A stretch of 64,000 bases of DNA from Fistulifera solaris. Its lineage: Eukaryota. Below, one piece after another: positions 12,929-24,146 of the stretch. Position 1 is the first letter of the stretch. Every line of letters begins with the position of its first letter. The notes under the pieces were generated by a model. That model worked only from the letters and a program-made list of their open reading frames with translations. It searched no databases and was not told the origin of the DNA. The position numbers were made by a program, and so were the translations under genes. The stretch is from contig AP026147.1 in the NCBI GenBank assembly GCA_030295235.1, positions 310,001 to 374,000 of the forward strand. The letters are read 5' to 3'.

Positions 12929-13360
12929 ATGCCGAACAACGGACATTCTGGATTCATTCATGAAAGAGCAATCAACTTGGCTCGTCGCTGGAGTGTTCAG
13001 AATGAAAACGATCTCATGCAGGTAAGATTCATTATCTGGTGATCCTTCGCTCGCCGTATGAACTTTTGCTTTCTCACCGCGATGTACCTTTGGCTTGGAT
13101 TTCACAGGAGGATATGTTTGGTAAGTTGACTCATTTTCACATGAAAGCAGTTTCTGTAACGCACGCTCACGTTCTTTGATTCTTCAGATAGCACCATGGA
13201 CATGAAGCATGTTTACAATCACGATTATTGCAAGGAACTGGCGAGCCACATGATTCATCTCAAATCTCTCCCGATGGAGTGCATGAAGTTCACGGATGTG
13301 TCTTCTGATTTGAGGCGACGTGACGCCGACACGACCCATCCTACTCAGATTTTGAGTTAG
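12929..13360 (+). CDS. Small hypothetical protein (92 aa); exons 12929-13021, 13108-13120, 13188-13360
   Basis: Two canonical introns (GTAAGA...CTCAC...TTTCACAG, 86 nt; GTAAGT...CTCAC...TTCTTCAG, 67 nt) splice into one uninterrupted ATG-to-TAG frame. Not in the ORF track. Confidence 0.65.
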
Positions 13361-13779
13361 ACTTGATATCAAACTAGTTATTTGTCTTATTTGTAGTTTA
13401 AAAGATCAGTTTACAATACTTTCGTATACTTTATGTGCGCTGCCAAGGGCGTCTCAGATTAAAGCCAAGACAGCAAGAAATTAAACATCCACATTCTCGA
13501 AAGGAGTCATTATGATTGAAGCGTATTATAGACATACCATGATACAAACAAGGGTTATGATAACGTCTACAAACGATCAACGAGTTGCTTGCGACTAATG
13601 ATAATAGAAAGACATATTTTGAAAAGTATATGCTTGTATTATAGATTCTTATGCAGTGGTGGATGCAAGGGTATGAAATCAAAGCCATCAGAAATAGTGC
13701 TACATGCAGCCGATACAGCTGGATGAATATAGCCATGTGATGATATACTTGTGAGTATGTGTCATGAACTGCTCTGTGC

Positions 13780-14780
13780 TCAAGGGTCAAAGACGTCTCC
13801 GGGGGCGCTCATATCGTGGAGAATTCCGGCCTTGCGAGCTGCGTAACCCATGAGAATGCCGCGTTTCTTCGCTGACTGGACGTAGGACTTGTAATAGCAT
13901 CGAATGCGGTCGCGTACCGTCACGAACGAAAACTCAGCTTCATCAAAAATGTAGCCATGTTCGGTTGCGAGTTCTAGCAGCTTTTCCGTCAAGCGATTGT
14001 TGTACTGTTTCTGTTGAATCGTGTAGTTCATAGCCGAGTGCCGAAGGTATTCTTCTCGGTTTGTGATGAGAAACTGTTCAAGCTGTAATGGAATTGTGAG
14101 TTTAAGCTCGTAGCATATATACACGCCAATAAATGTACGAAGGACTTACCTCTGAGTAGTTCTTCCACGAGAACTTGCGCCGATGAATCTTCTTTACGGT
14201 AACCCCTTTCGGAACAGCTCCTTGCAAAGGACCAGAGGACTTTCCATTGTCAGCCAGTGCATCGAATTCATCTTCATCTTCTTCCTCTTCAAGTTCTTCA
14301 AGCTCCGGCTGCTTCCGTTTGCGAGTCGAGACACGCAATCCTTTGCGAAGCATGGGCGATGGAGTCACGGGGACTTGTTGACCTTCCGTCATAGACAAAG
14401 GCGAAGGAGTACGATTCCCTCCCATGCGATTTTGTTCCACTAGATCCAAAGAAACCGTTCGAGCACGACTGGAGGCGTGCGTGCTGACGGAGTGGGGCGA
14501 GGGTGAGCATGCTGGGGAGCGCAGCGCTCCGGTGTTCTCTCAAGGTTTTGTCGCGAAGCGAGAAAGCCGATCCTAACAAGAGGGGGAACTTCGGAAGCTC
14601 CTCGTCATCTTTCCACAGCATCCTATCACCTGACTTCATCTCCGACTTGGCAATGTCAGCAATGGAGAGAAGTAATGCTGCTTGATCGCGCACAGAGGTT
14701 TTCGAGAAACCATCGGAAGGCTCGTTCATCGGGGCTCGCTGGGTAGCGAACGCAAAGCGTTTGTTCAGTTTTGGGTTCAT
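13780..14780 (-). CDS. Uncharacterised putative DNA-binding protein, paralog A (FSWKxY...RDRIRCYYKSYVQ domain); intron 14083-14149; frameshift ~14500
   Basis: ATG at 14780 (MNPKLNKRF). The spliced domain RRKFSWKNYSE|LEQFLITNREEY...GYIF...RDRIRCYYKSYVQSAKKR clearly matches the gene at 16641-17287. Confidence 0.8.
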
Positions 14781-16640
14781 TGTGGTGCTGCTAGGCAATG
14801 TTCTTGTCTTTCGTAAGTAGAAATGTTCTTTAAACTCCTTGTGTTGGCATGTAATGATGATTTGACGTCGGAGAGAACGAGTATGAAAGCAGCCGGTGAA
14901 GTTGTCAACGAAAACACGATACCGAAAATCCATCGGCATCAGAGAACACGCCATTCGCGTACCAGCGGAATTCCGTGGAGGAGCGCACGTAGATTTCTAC
15001 GCCAGTGACCCCTACAAAACACAAAAGCGTTCCACCTTGGCCAATTATCGAGAAAGTGGCCAATAGCCCAACGCCGAACGCCGATGCGTGCTGTGAACGT
15101 GGCTGTGGGACTCAAAGTTCAAAGAGAATGACTGGCTGGCTACACTTTGAACCTACAGAGAAAAGCGTCATAGGACAATAAAGTAGGCTTTTTCGAAAGG
15201 CGGGAACAGGAGGAACTTTTCCATTTAGATTACAGAAGGCCTATCCGTTGGGGGTGTCGACTTTAATGTAGAGCAGCTGACAGATGACAGTTAGAAATCT
15301 TTATTATTGAAGGCAAAGTATTATGGCTTGTTTCTCGCGTTCCTATTGGATAACGGGGAGGGGAGAAAATAGCCTACCAAACAAAATGGTGAGAGCGGTA
15401 TCCGTTGCTCTTATCTAAAATACAAGATGTACACGTCTCAGTCAATATATAGATCATGTTCTTCGACTACTGAGACGAGGAAATTAGACTAGAGTCTAAG
15501 GGAATCTCGAGATTTGATCACCCATTGGAGTATCTCTTCGTAAACCGCCAAACACTGGTTCTTTTCAATTATTTATTCATCATAGATTGAAGGATAATCC
15601 TAAATTGGAAAGTTGATTTCCATCAGCGTAAAGCAGACAAGTAGATATCTCCTCTGGCTCATAGGAAGCTTTTTAACATATCTCTATAGAGTCTAGAGGT
15701 CACCTCTCGAGCATCTTGACCGAACTGACTCGGATGATCAGATCAGATCACAATGAATTTATCCATTTTTCTACTGCTTGCCCGGATCGGTTTCAGCATG
15801 CATTGTTTACGGTGTGATGGTCGATGATTCGTTCACAGTTTAGATTGCGCATTGTTTTATTAACGAATCTCAAAACTTGAATATTAAATCAAAGTCATGA
15901 GGTTTGGTCCAAATCTTGGGCTCTTACTAGTAGCTACCATGTACAGAACCGTACATCGTACAGTTTATAGACAAATGAAGGCGCCTGCGATGCTCCGAAC
16001 TCCCTAGCCTTTTCATTACGCAACAAACGCGACTCCACTCAGTCCTGCTTCAACTATGTGAACGTTTAACGCTTGAATAACGCCAAAAGCCTCATAACAT
16101 AATACAACAAAACAACGTTTTTTAAGGCTATACCTTAATTTTGCACAGACGACCCTATGTACATTCCCCAGTATACATTGTTGTGTAGTTATCATTTGTT
16201 ATGGATGACCAATTCTAAGTGAAACCAGACTACTCTTTGTCAATATACAAAGTACAGAAATGACAAGCCTGACGTCTTAATTCCGACAGACGTCACCTGT
16301 CCAAATTCGATCCACTTACAATAGAAAAGAAAGTACTTTGCACGGAAATGCGCATTCTTCCCGCGAAACAGGCGGAGGCGCGGCTCCCCGTCTGAACAGA
16401 ATGCAAGAAAAAAGAACAAAATCAGCATCATCCTCCGATGAGGATCGGAGGAACACAATTAAAGAGTGGTTTGGAACGAAACAATTGATCTCTTCTCTAC
16501 ATTCACTCCAAGGTACGCAGCTGAATCGAATTGCGCGGCGTTCTGGTGCATGCAAACAGTTTTTGTGCGGCAATAGCATTCGATTTCTGACAATCTCCTT
16601 TCCTGCAAAGAACACTACAAGAAGAATCATCATCGGAACT

Positions 16641-17287
16641 ATGAAGTATCAGCTGCACGTAGACGAGGGCAAGTGCAGTCGCGGAGCCGCTCTCCTTCTC
16701 ATGAAAGTTCGAGAGATTGCGATCCACGAGATTCACGATGTCTCTCCTCAATCTACTGACGATGATGACATCAATGTCATTACCCCCAAGCCGCGGTGCC
16801 GCACTGTTTCTCTCGATATCGGTCCACAAATGCCCATTATTAGCGAATCAGCTAGTTCTAGTTCGTTTTCCAGAGACGACTTGGATGCAGCGATCGTGGA
16901 AGCTGATGAAGATTCGGACAGTATCGTGCTGCACCCCGTGTTCCCCTGTACATCGAGCAAAAGCTCGTGGGCACGAGTATCCGCACCAAAACGACTAAGG
17001 GCGTACTTCGAAAGAAGTTCTCGTGGAAGTCGTATCCGGAATTGGAGGCGTTTCTGGTGGAAAACCGACCCCAATACATGGAATACTCGTCGCAACTCAA
17101 CTATACCGCGGAGCAAAAACGGTACAACAACACGTTAACGCAAGGGCTGTTGGATTTGGCCGCCGAAGAAGGGTACATTTTTGAAGGCTTCACGTTTTCG
17201 GCCATTCGAGACCGCATTCGTTGTTATTACAAGTCGTACGTTCAGGCCAACAAGAAAAAGAAGAAGCGCCGCAAGCATACCAAGTAA
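16641..17287 (+). CDS. Uncharacterised putative DNA-binding protein, paralog B; intronless; frameshift ~16950-16990
   Basis: ATG at 16641 (MKYQLHVDEG). Domain RKKFSWKSYPELEAFLVENR...GYIF...RDRIRCYYKSYVQ followed by the basic tail KKKKKRRK. Confidence 0.8.
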
Positions 17288-17556
17288 CTCTCATCAGTCT
17301 GAGAGGAAGACTACCAGTTTTGGTTCCTAATCATGGATGTCCTTTTGTTTCACGACTCCATGACTTGGATAGTATCATTCAGCCGTCATTCAACTGTATA
17401 TCGATGAAGATGGTGTCAAATACGGGCGTTTCAACCCGCATTTGACACTAAAATGTGTCTGAAATGCATATTTTTACAATTTTTATTGTTATATTATCAC
17501 CTACTTTATCGCCACTCTAGATTTATCATGACTTAAGTATTGATTATACCTCGAGT

Positions 17557-20500
17557 CTAGTTCTTTGGGCCCCCGTTCTTCGCAACGCCACGCATGATGC
17601 GGCGTGCCATCGCCACACATTCCGTGAGTTGGCATCGCATTTCCTTGGACATTTCGCCGTTGTCATCGGCGATTGGGACTCCAGTGAAGGGGCGCACCAT
17701 GTCGTTCTTTACCACCCTCAGACCTCCCATTTCTCCTACCAGGGCAACGAGTGACCGATCGAGTCTCGAAAGCGATTCGGCAATTGTAGTGTCCGTAGCA
17801 ATGCACTTTCGCGCTGGCCACCAAGGGTAGTTTTCCACCTTGGCCATGCAAATGTCGTCTGAAAAGTGCACGTTAGTCCAAACTTCGGATGGGTCCTTTG
17901 AAGCAGATGCCGACATGCCGTTCTTGGCCTTTTTCCGGGGCTTCTTCTCATCTTCTGTGCTCCACATTCTAATTGCATCGGTCAGTGCATCCCTCTCGTC
18001 ACATATCTTGAGTAGTTTGACTTGGCTAATCTCGCAGAACGCAGTTGATAAAGCCGCTACGCGTGACAGCGTCTTGACACTTTTGACCGCGGCAATCCAA
18101 TCGAATCGAGATGCGTCATCAGACCCAGACAAGCAACTTTTCAAAATAGCGGCTTCCAATGACAGAACAGACGGAATATCATCCTCACTTATCTCCTCAG
18201 CGGGAGAATTATCGTCGTCCGCCTCTTCATAGTCTTCGTCATCTTCGGGGTCATATCCGCCGTAGTCTTCAAGTACCTTCAGAGCAGCTTCTTTGCACTC
18301 TCCTGCTGCGTTTGGGTGGTGAAGAAGCAAGGCTGATCGAAGCTTCGCCACAATATCAGGGATATGAGCTTGGCGAGCAGCACCAATAGCCGATACGAGT
18401 AGGTTTCGGATTTCAGAATGCTTTTTGGTTGGAGTCTCTTTAATTCGGTGAACAAACCGTTTCCATATCTTTTCAAGTTTTTCCTTTTCAGCCAGGTCGT
18501 CGTCAGACGCGTCTACAGACATGTTATCGTCGGCTAGTTCAGCATCCTGAGCTGCTTTCGCGGCATTCGTTATCGTGGCTGCACGCTCTTCCAGGTCAAG
18601 TAATGATTGTTTTAAGGTAGCTATGATTGAAGAAACGGAAGACGTGTTGCTAGTCTGCGACGTCGTTGCCCGAGGACTGTCAGTGCGACGCCTCTTGGCA
18701 GAAGAGTCATTCCCCAAACTATCCAATGAGTCGCGACGGCCCGAATTATCATCCATTGCAGTGGTGTCGTCGCCAGATGCTAGACTATCGGAAGCCATAG
18801 AATTCCACGCTGAAACAGCGCCTTCCAACAAATTTATCCATTCCGACCGAGTCTTGTCCTTCTCATTCCACGGCCGTAACGACTCGCAAAGCTCTTCGAG
18901 TCCTAACAATTGAGCCACCAACATACCGACCATTCCCGTTCCGTCGATGTTTCCTGTTCCAACTAGTGATGCACATCCTAGAACAGGGACATAGCGGTTC
19001 TTACTATCTTGACTTCACGCGTTCGGCGTTGATCTTTGAGACAGCTCGTTTCAAACAAGCGCAGTGTATTCAAGCCAGTGAGTTCGTCATAGTCCAAGAC
19101 GTCGTTTGTCACTTCCTCTGGAACGTCACTCGCTTCCAAGGCTTTTAATTCTTCCTCGATCTGAAAAAGCTCATTCTCTGATTGACCGACCAGCCGTCCG
19201 CTTCTTCGCCCAGCTTCCTCGCTGCACTTTACCCTGGCCGCTTCCAAGCGTTTACGGAGCTGCTCCATTTCTTTTACCCTAGAACTAGCTTCCTTGACCG
19301 TTTTGACATCATCGTAGGCGATAAAACGGCGCAGAGATTGCTGAGCACCTGGTGGACCCAAGAGCTCTTCGTATAACTCATTTTCTCGCTTTCCACGAAT
19401 ATCAAGACTAGAAACAAAACTCTCGAACAGAGACGTTGAGTCGATGATATGCCAAGATCGCCGTTCAAAGTGGAAAGACTGCGGAAGAGAGCACGCGATC
19501 CCGGACGGAGGCCTCTTCTCTTCGATGTAAAGAACTTCCGGATCATTACGAAAGCAATACAGGGCGTTGAAGTTCCGATCGTATCCAACCGCTTCAGTGC
19601 GTGCAACCAGCTTGCGTATTCCTTTTTCGTATGCTTCACTAGCCTTTTGTTGAGCACGTTTAGCGGTCTCGAATTCCTTTTGCTAGCCGTAGGCTTAAAA
19701 GGCTCTTCGCTTTTATCCTTTCCGTTGTTTGAAGCTTCGTTCTCCGCGTTCTCGTCACCATCGTTCTCTGAAGTACTTTTACGCGGTTTCTTCGGTCCTT
19801 CAAACGCTAGACGAACCTTTCGAAATTTAGCGTCCGCGGAACGCTTCGCTCGCAATAACTCCTGCATTTCTTCTTCCCGAGACGCCAGATCATCCGATAT
19901 AGTAGAGTTGGTAGCCAAGATGTCTTCCGTGAGTGCCCTTAATAATGCCATTAGTTCTTCAGCAGTCAAATACCAGGGATCTTGTCGAGCTAGCTTCCTG
20001 TGAGCCCGATTTAATGCACTGGCAGCATCGCCAAGATAGGCCGAATATCCTTCGGGTAGAATGTGGTTCTCCGGCGCATCTCCGTTACTCTTGCGCGTTT
20101 TGATCGCCGGCGTCATGGGAATCGACACAGTCTCTTTGATTCCGAGCAAGTATTCGGTGTCGATTGCCAGAGCTGGAAGGACGGTTGGGTCACGACTAGC
20201 ATCTGTGCTATAAAAACGTTCCATAGCATCCATGTAAAGGGAACAGACTTCGGCCCAGCTAGTCGGCGACAGCGCCGGACTTAGAAATTCACGGATTTCA
20301 CGTCGAAGTTTCAGCTCATTCTTATCCGTCACGAGGGATGTATCTGGCGGGAGGAACAAGATTTGCAAACAAGTCACAAACAGGTGGGAAATGAGTGGAG
20401 GAATCAATTTTGCCTTTCTAGCGTGCCCATTGAGAACTTGTTCGACAGCAAAGATCAAATTTTTGAGTGTGAAATCAGGGACAATGGGATGATACTCATT

Positions 20501-21403
20501 CTCGTTGGGGCCTGTAAAATGAATGTCCCCGCGGAAAAGTGATAGACATGCAGAAGATCTGGCACCAGTCCGTAACTCCCAGAGTCCAATCCGTCCACTT
20601 TGCTGGCCTGTAAAATACTACCCGAGGTCTTACCCAAGCGAGAAGGGTGGTTGGGAGGCACGGTGGCGTGCCAGAAATAAGGCAAGTAAGGGCGAGCCGT
20701 GACATCTGCTGGAGGCTTGACATTCAGTTCCTTGTCCTCGGCATGTAGCTTCGTGTCCTCCATGGGGAATCGGCGACGACGCAATCGCTCAGCTCGCTCC
20801 TTAGCTTTTGCTTCAAATTCAGCCTTACGCTTAACTGCTTCTTCTTTTTTCAAAAGTTCTGCCTTCATTTTCTCCCGCGTCTCCGGATCTAAATCTTTCG
20901 TTTCCATTTCTTTCAGTTTCTTAGCATTCAACTCGAGAGTCTTTTCCAGTGAGTTAGCATCCGTGTATTCCTTTAGTTTGGCTTTCTTTTCGCTGCGGCC
21001 AAACGCTTTTTCTTGGCGGATTCTATGGCTTTGTAAGCGGATGAGATCTTATACGAACATTTCACCTTCGTGAAATGCTCTTTTTCACTCCCAGTTTCAA
21101 TGCCCCGTTGAGATTTCGTCGAAAATGCGCCCCATCCTGCAGATCCGGATAGTTGCTTAAAATCCACTTGGAAATGGCGGGCTGCGAACTCCCGGTACGA
21201 TCTTTGAGTGCCACAATGGCTTCCTGAATCAATTGCCCGTACGATCGATTGAGGGAACTCGCCGTGCCGGGGGCGGGTTTTTTCTTTTTCGACGACGCCT
21301 TGTTCTCGTCGTTCTCATTGTGCTTCATGGGAGTGTTCATATCATCCGACGCGGAGTGATCCGCGGATGCTGGGGACTCGGCGTGTTCACCGCTGGTGGA
21401 CAT
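17557..21403 (-). CDS. Chromatin protein: linker-histone H15 domain + DDT + WHIM1/WSD-like + C-terminal PWWP; multiple frameshifts
   Basis: H15: SYGQLIQEAIVALKDRTGSSQPAISKWI...KVKCSYKI. Also RFPMED, DDT-like VPDLLHVYHF, WHIM1-like WYLTAEELMALLRALTEDIL, and PWWP MAKVENYPWWPA. Consecutive same-strand ORFs are joined by single-base shifts. Confidence 0.75.
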
Positions 21404-22586
21404 GGTAGAATATCCTGCTTTTGTTTGCAAATGATTTTCGTTTTTCGGTTTCTGCAGAAAAAGTGAGCACAGCGAAGTGAGGGAAAGAGAGTCGATGGAG
21501 TGAGAATACATCTCAGCGAAGCGATGAAAGAAGCAAGATGACTCGCATGGATGAGAGAGCCCATCCGAACCGGCATCGTTCGCCGCCAATGCGGCGGCGG
21601 AGGAAAGGCGTGGCGAACGCGCCTATCAGGCAGCATTCGGGAGATGTCACACGGATAAAAGCCCCTGCGAGCCGTAAAGTCCTTGACTGCTCAATTATCT
21701 TCTCACTCACCGATAGAGAGGATTCAAGACGTCAATGCAGCTCGGTCTATTCTCTTCGACGGATTATCAATGACTTGCAAGAAACATAACGTTTTCCTGC
21801 ATTTGTGTGGCAATCACCGCGCCTTTCTAATTTTTTTCGTCCTTTCTCTAATCCACTATAGCTTAGAGTGTATTTAAGAAGAACGCGCGGCCAGCCTCGG
21901 CCAAAACAAATTGTTAACCTTACCCCTAAAACCGGGGACCAAACAGAAACAGACCCTCGACTATTAGGGACACCTAACATGTAGTCTAGACTTGTCATGA
22001 CTCAACCAGATTGGAGTCCCGGCATCTACGGCCCACATTTGAAAAAAAAGGCAACGCTACGATCACCGACCAATCCTCGACAAGCCGTCAGAAAACGAAA
22101 CTATGCATAATTTCACTTGCTAACCTGAACTTTTGCAATCCTCCCTTTGCATTTCCTGTAGTAAAGAAGTATGAGTATTTATTTTATAAAAAATAATGTA
22201 GGGGCGACTTGATGTCACTCAACACTCAACCCACAGTCGGTCCCTACCTATTTCGTGGCCTAGATGTACCAATAAAAAATCACTTTTCCAAATACCAGGT
22301 CATTAAATAAGCAGTCATTAGGGAAACTATAAATGAAGCATTGCCAGAACTCTCATTGATTCTGATATATAATTAAATTTATAATTGCAAGCCGCTCTTT
22401 TATTTCTTTGAAGTAACGGGCGCGATCGCGTAAAATCGAACGGTATTCGTGCGACAGTCTAAGCTTCCAGGTAGCTAAGTTAACGATTTCTCTCGCCACT
22501 CACTTGACAAGAAACAGGGAGATCTTATTCAGAAACATCAGAGGAAGTTAGAGCGAATGGGAATGCCGTGTTCGATCACAGAGTCG

Positions 22587-23708
22587 TTACGTTTCGATTG
22601 TTGCTGAAAAGGCAGACACATCCCATAGTAGCACGCGGCCGTCCAATCCCCCGGTTATGACACACGAATTATGCCAATCGAGGCTTTGAATAGTCCCCGT
22701 GTGACCTCGACCCAGAGCCATCAACTTGTTCCGATTCAAAATGCGAAGTCTTCCGTCCCAGCCGCCCACAGCTACCAGTCGCTCGGAATGAAGTCTCGCA
22801 CACGAAACACCTGTCTTTCCTGTGCGACTGGTCGACAATTGAGTCCGTACCCGTGACTGTATGGATTCCTCATCTTGTTTGCTTTCGACCCAAGAAATGG
22901 TATTTTGGTCATCTTTATCGCCAGCTTGACCAGCCACTGTCACTATAGAATTATTCTCTTTCCTTTCTTTCATATCCAGACCAATAATAGGATTTGAAGA
23001 TTCCAATTTCACCGAGCTGCACACACGAGGTTCCATGCGAATGTCATGATAAAAGACGTGCCCACTTTCCATTCCACAAGCAATCATGTTCCCCTCTCCT
23101 GCCAGCGAAGACACCATTCCATATTTGCGCAAATTTTCGGCTCCAGCTTGGGGTGATAATCCTGCCGCATGAAATACCGTCGTTCGGGCCGTGGACTGCC
23201 GTTCATCGTAAAGTTGTACGACGGTTTCGACCGATGTCGGTAAGAGCGTCCAGTAATTCTCGTACGAGACGGCCGCGCAGAACGTTTTCGACATGGTTTG
23301 AGTACTCGAAATGGTTTGATTGGTTTCCATGTCATGAAAGGAAACCGTCCCCGCCTCATCTTTGGTCTGCAAGAGAACTCGTCCGGGGCCCGCGCGTTGC
23401 AATGATAAACACGTTCCCCCGCGGTTGGGCGCTAAGGAATGCAGTCGATTGTGACCCTTCCAAAGAAAGGCATCTCCGCTTCTTTGGCCTGTGAAGTAGA
23501 GGATATTCGCGAAATCCGTCGTTCTTGCGAGATGATTCCGTGACGGTAGCATCCATTCGTCGGACGAGGAATTGTCATCACCATCGGGTGATAAGTGCTC
23601 TAACTCAGTTTTCGAATCAACCAAACACACGGCCGAAACGGCATCTTCTCTCGTAGAAGTGATTTGAACAGTAGCAAAGGGATCGAATGTAGGTTTCTCG
23701 CTCTTCAT
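22587..23708 (-). CDS. WD40-repeat protein (ASA1/GNB1L-like)
   Basis: 373-aa ORF with VAVGGWDGRLRI and GHTGTIQSLDW...ITGGLDGRVLLWD WD repeats. Subfamily call is tentative. Confidence 0.75.
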   Translation of the reverse strand: MKSEKPTFDPFATVQITSTREDAVSAVCLVDSKTELEHLSPDGDDNSSSDEWMLPSRNHLARTTDFANILYFTGQRSGDAFLWKGHNRLHSLAPNRGGTCLSLQRAGPGRVLLQTKDEAGTVSFHDMETNQTISSTQTMSKTFCAAVSYENYWTLLPTSVETVVQLYDERQSTARTTVFHAAGLSPQAGAENLRKYGMVSSLAGEGNMIACGMESGHVFYHDIRMEPRVCSSVKLESSNPIIGLDMKERKENNSIVTVAGQAGDKDDQNTISWVESKQDEESIQSRVRTQLSTSRTGKTGVSCARLHSERLVAVGGWDGRLRILNRNKLMALGRGHTGTIQSLDWHNSCVITGGLDGRVLLWDVSAFSATIET

Positions 23709-24146
23709 CTGTTACCAGGTATAACTTTATTGGAGTCTCATTTTATTCATTCGTCTCAAAGAAGTCGAAAAACAAAAATGTAGGGCAGTCGAGGGGACGG
23801 GAGTACCGCAATAGTCTGCATTAAGCGCTTACTTAGTAAATTGAGTACCATAATGATTTCAAGCTTATTTTGTAGATAAGCAAGTTCAGACCGTTCCGAC
23901 AGGAGGATGTCTATACCCCGTCCGCCAAGCCAGAGGTGCGTGCTTGCGATGCCCACAACTGCAGCAACAAGCACCAAGGCAGCTTATTTATTTGTCAACA
24001 CAGCTCCTATTTATAATCTTATTTATTTGTAAGGAAAATCAGTCGCACACTTTACCTTCTGGAAAAACATTCAACTTTGCAGTAAATAAATCGATGAATC
24101 ATCCGTGAGAAGGGCCTCGCTGACAACTACACAATCGTTGCTGTAA

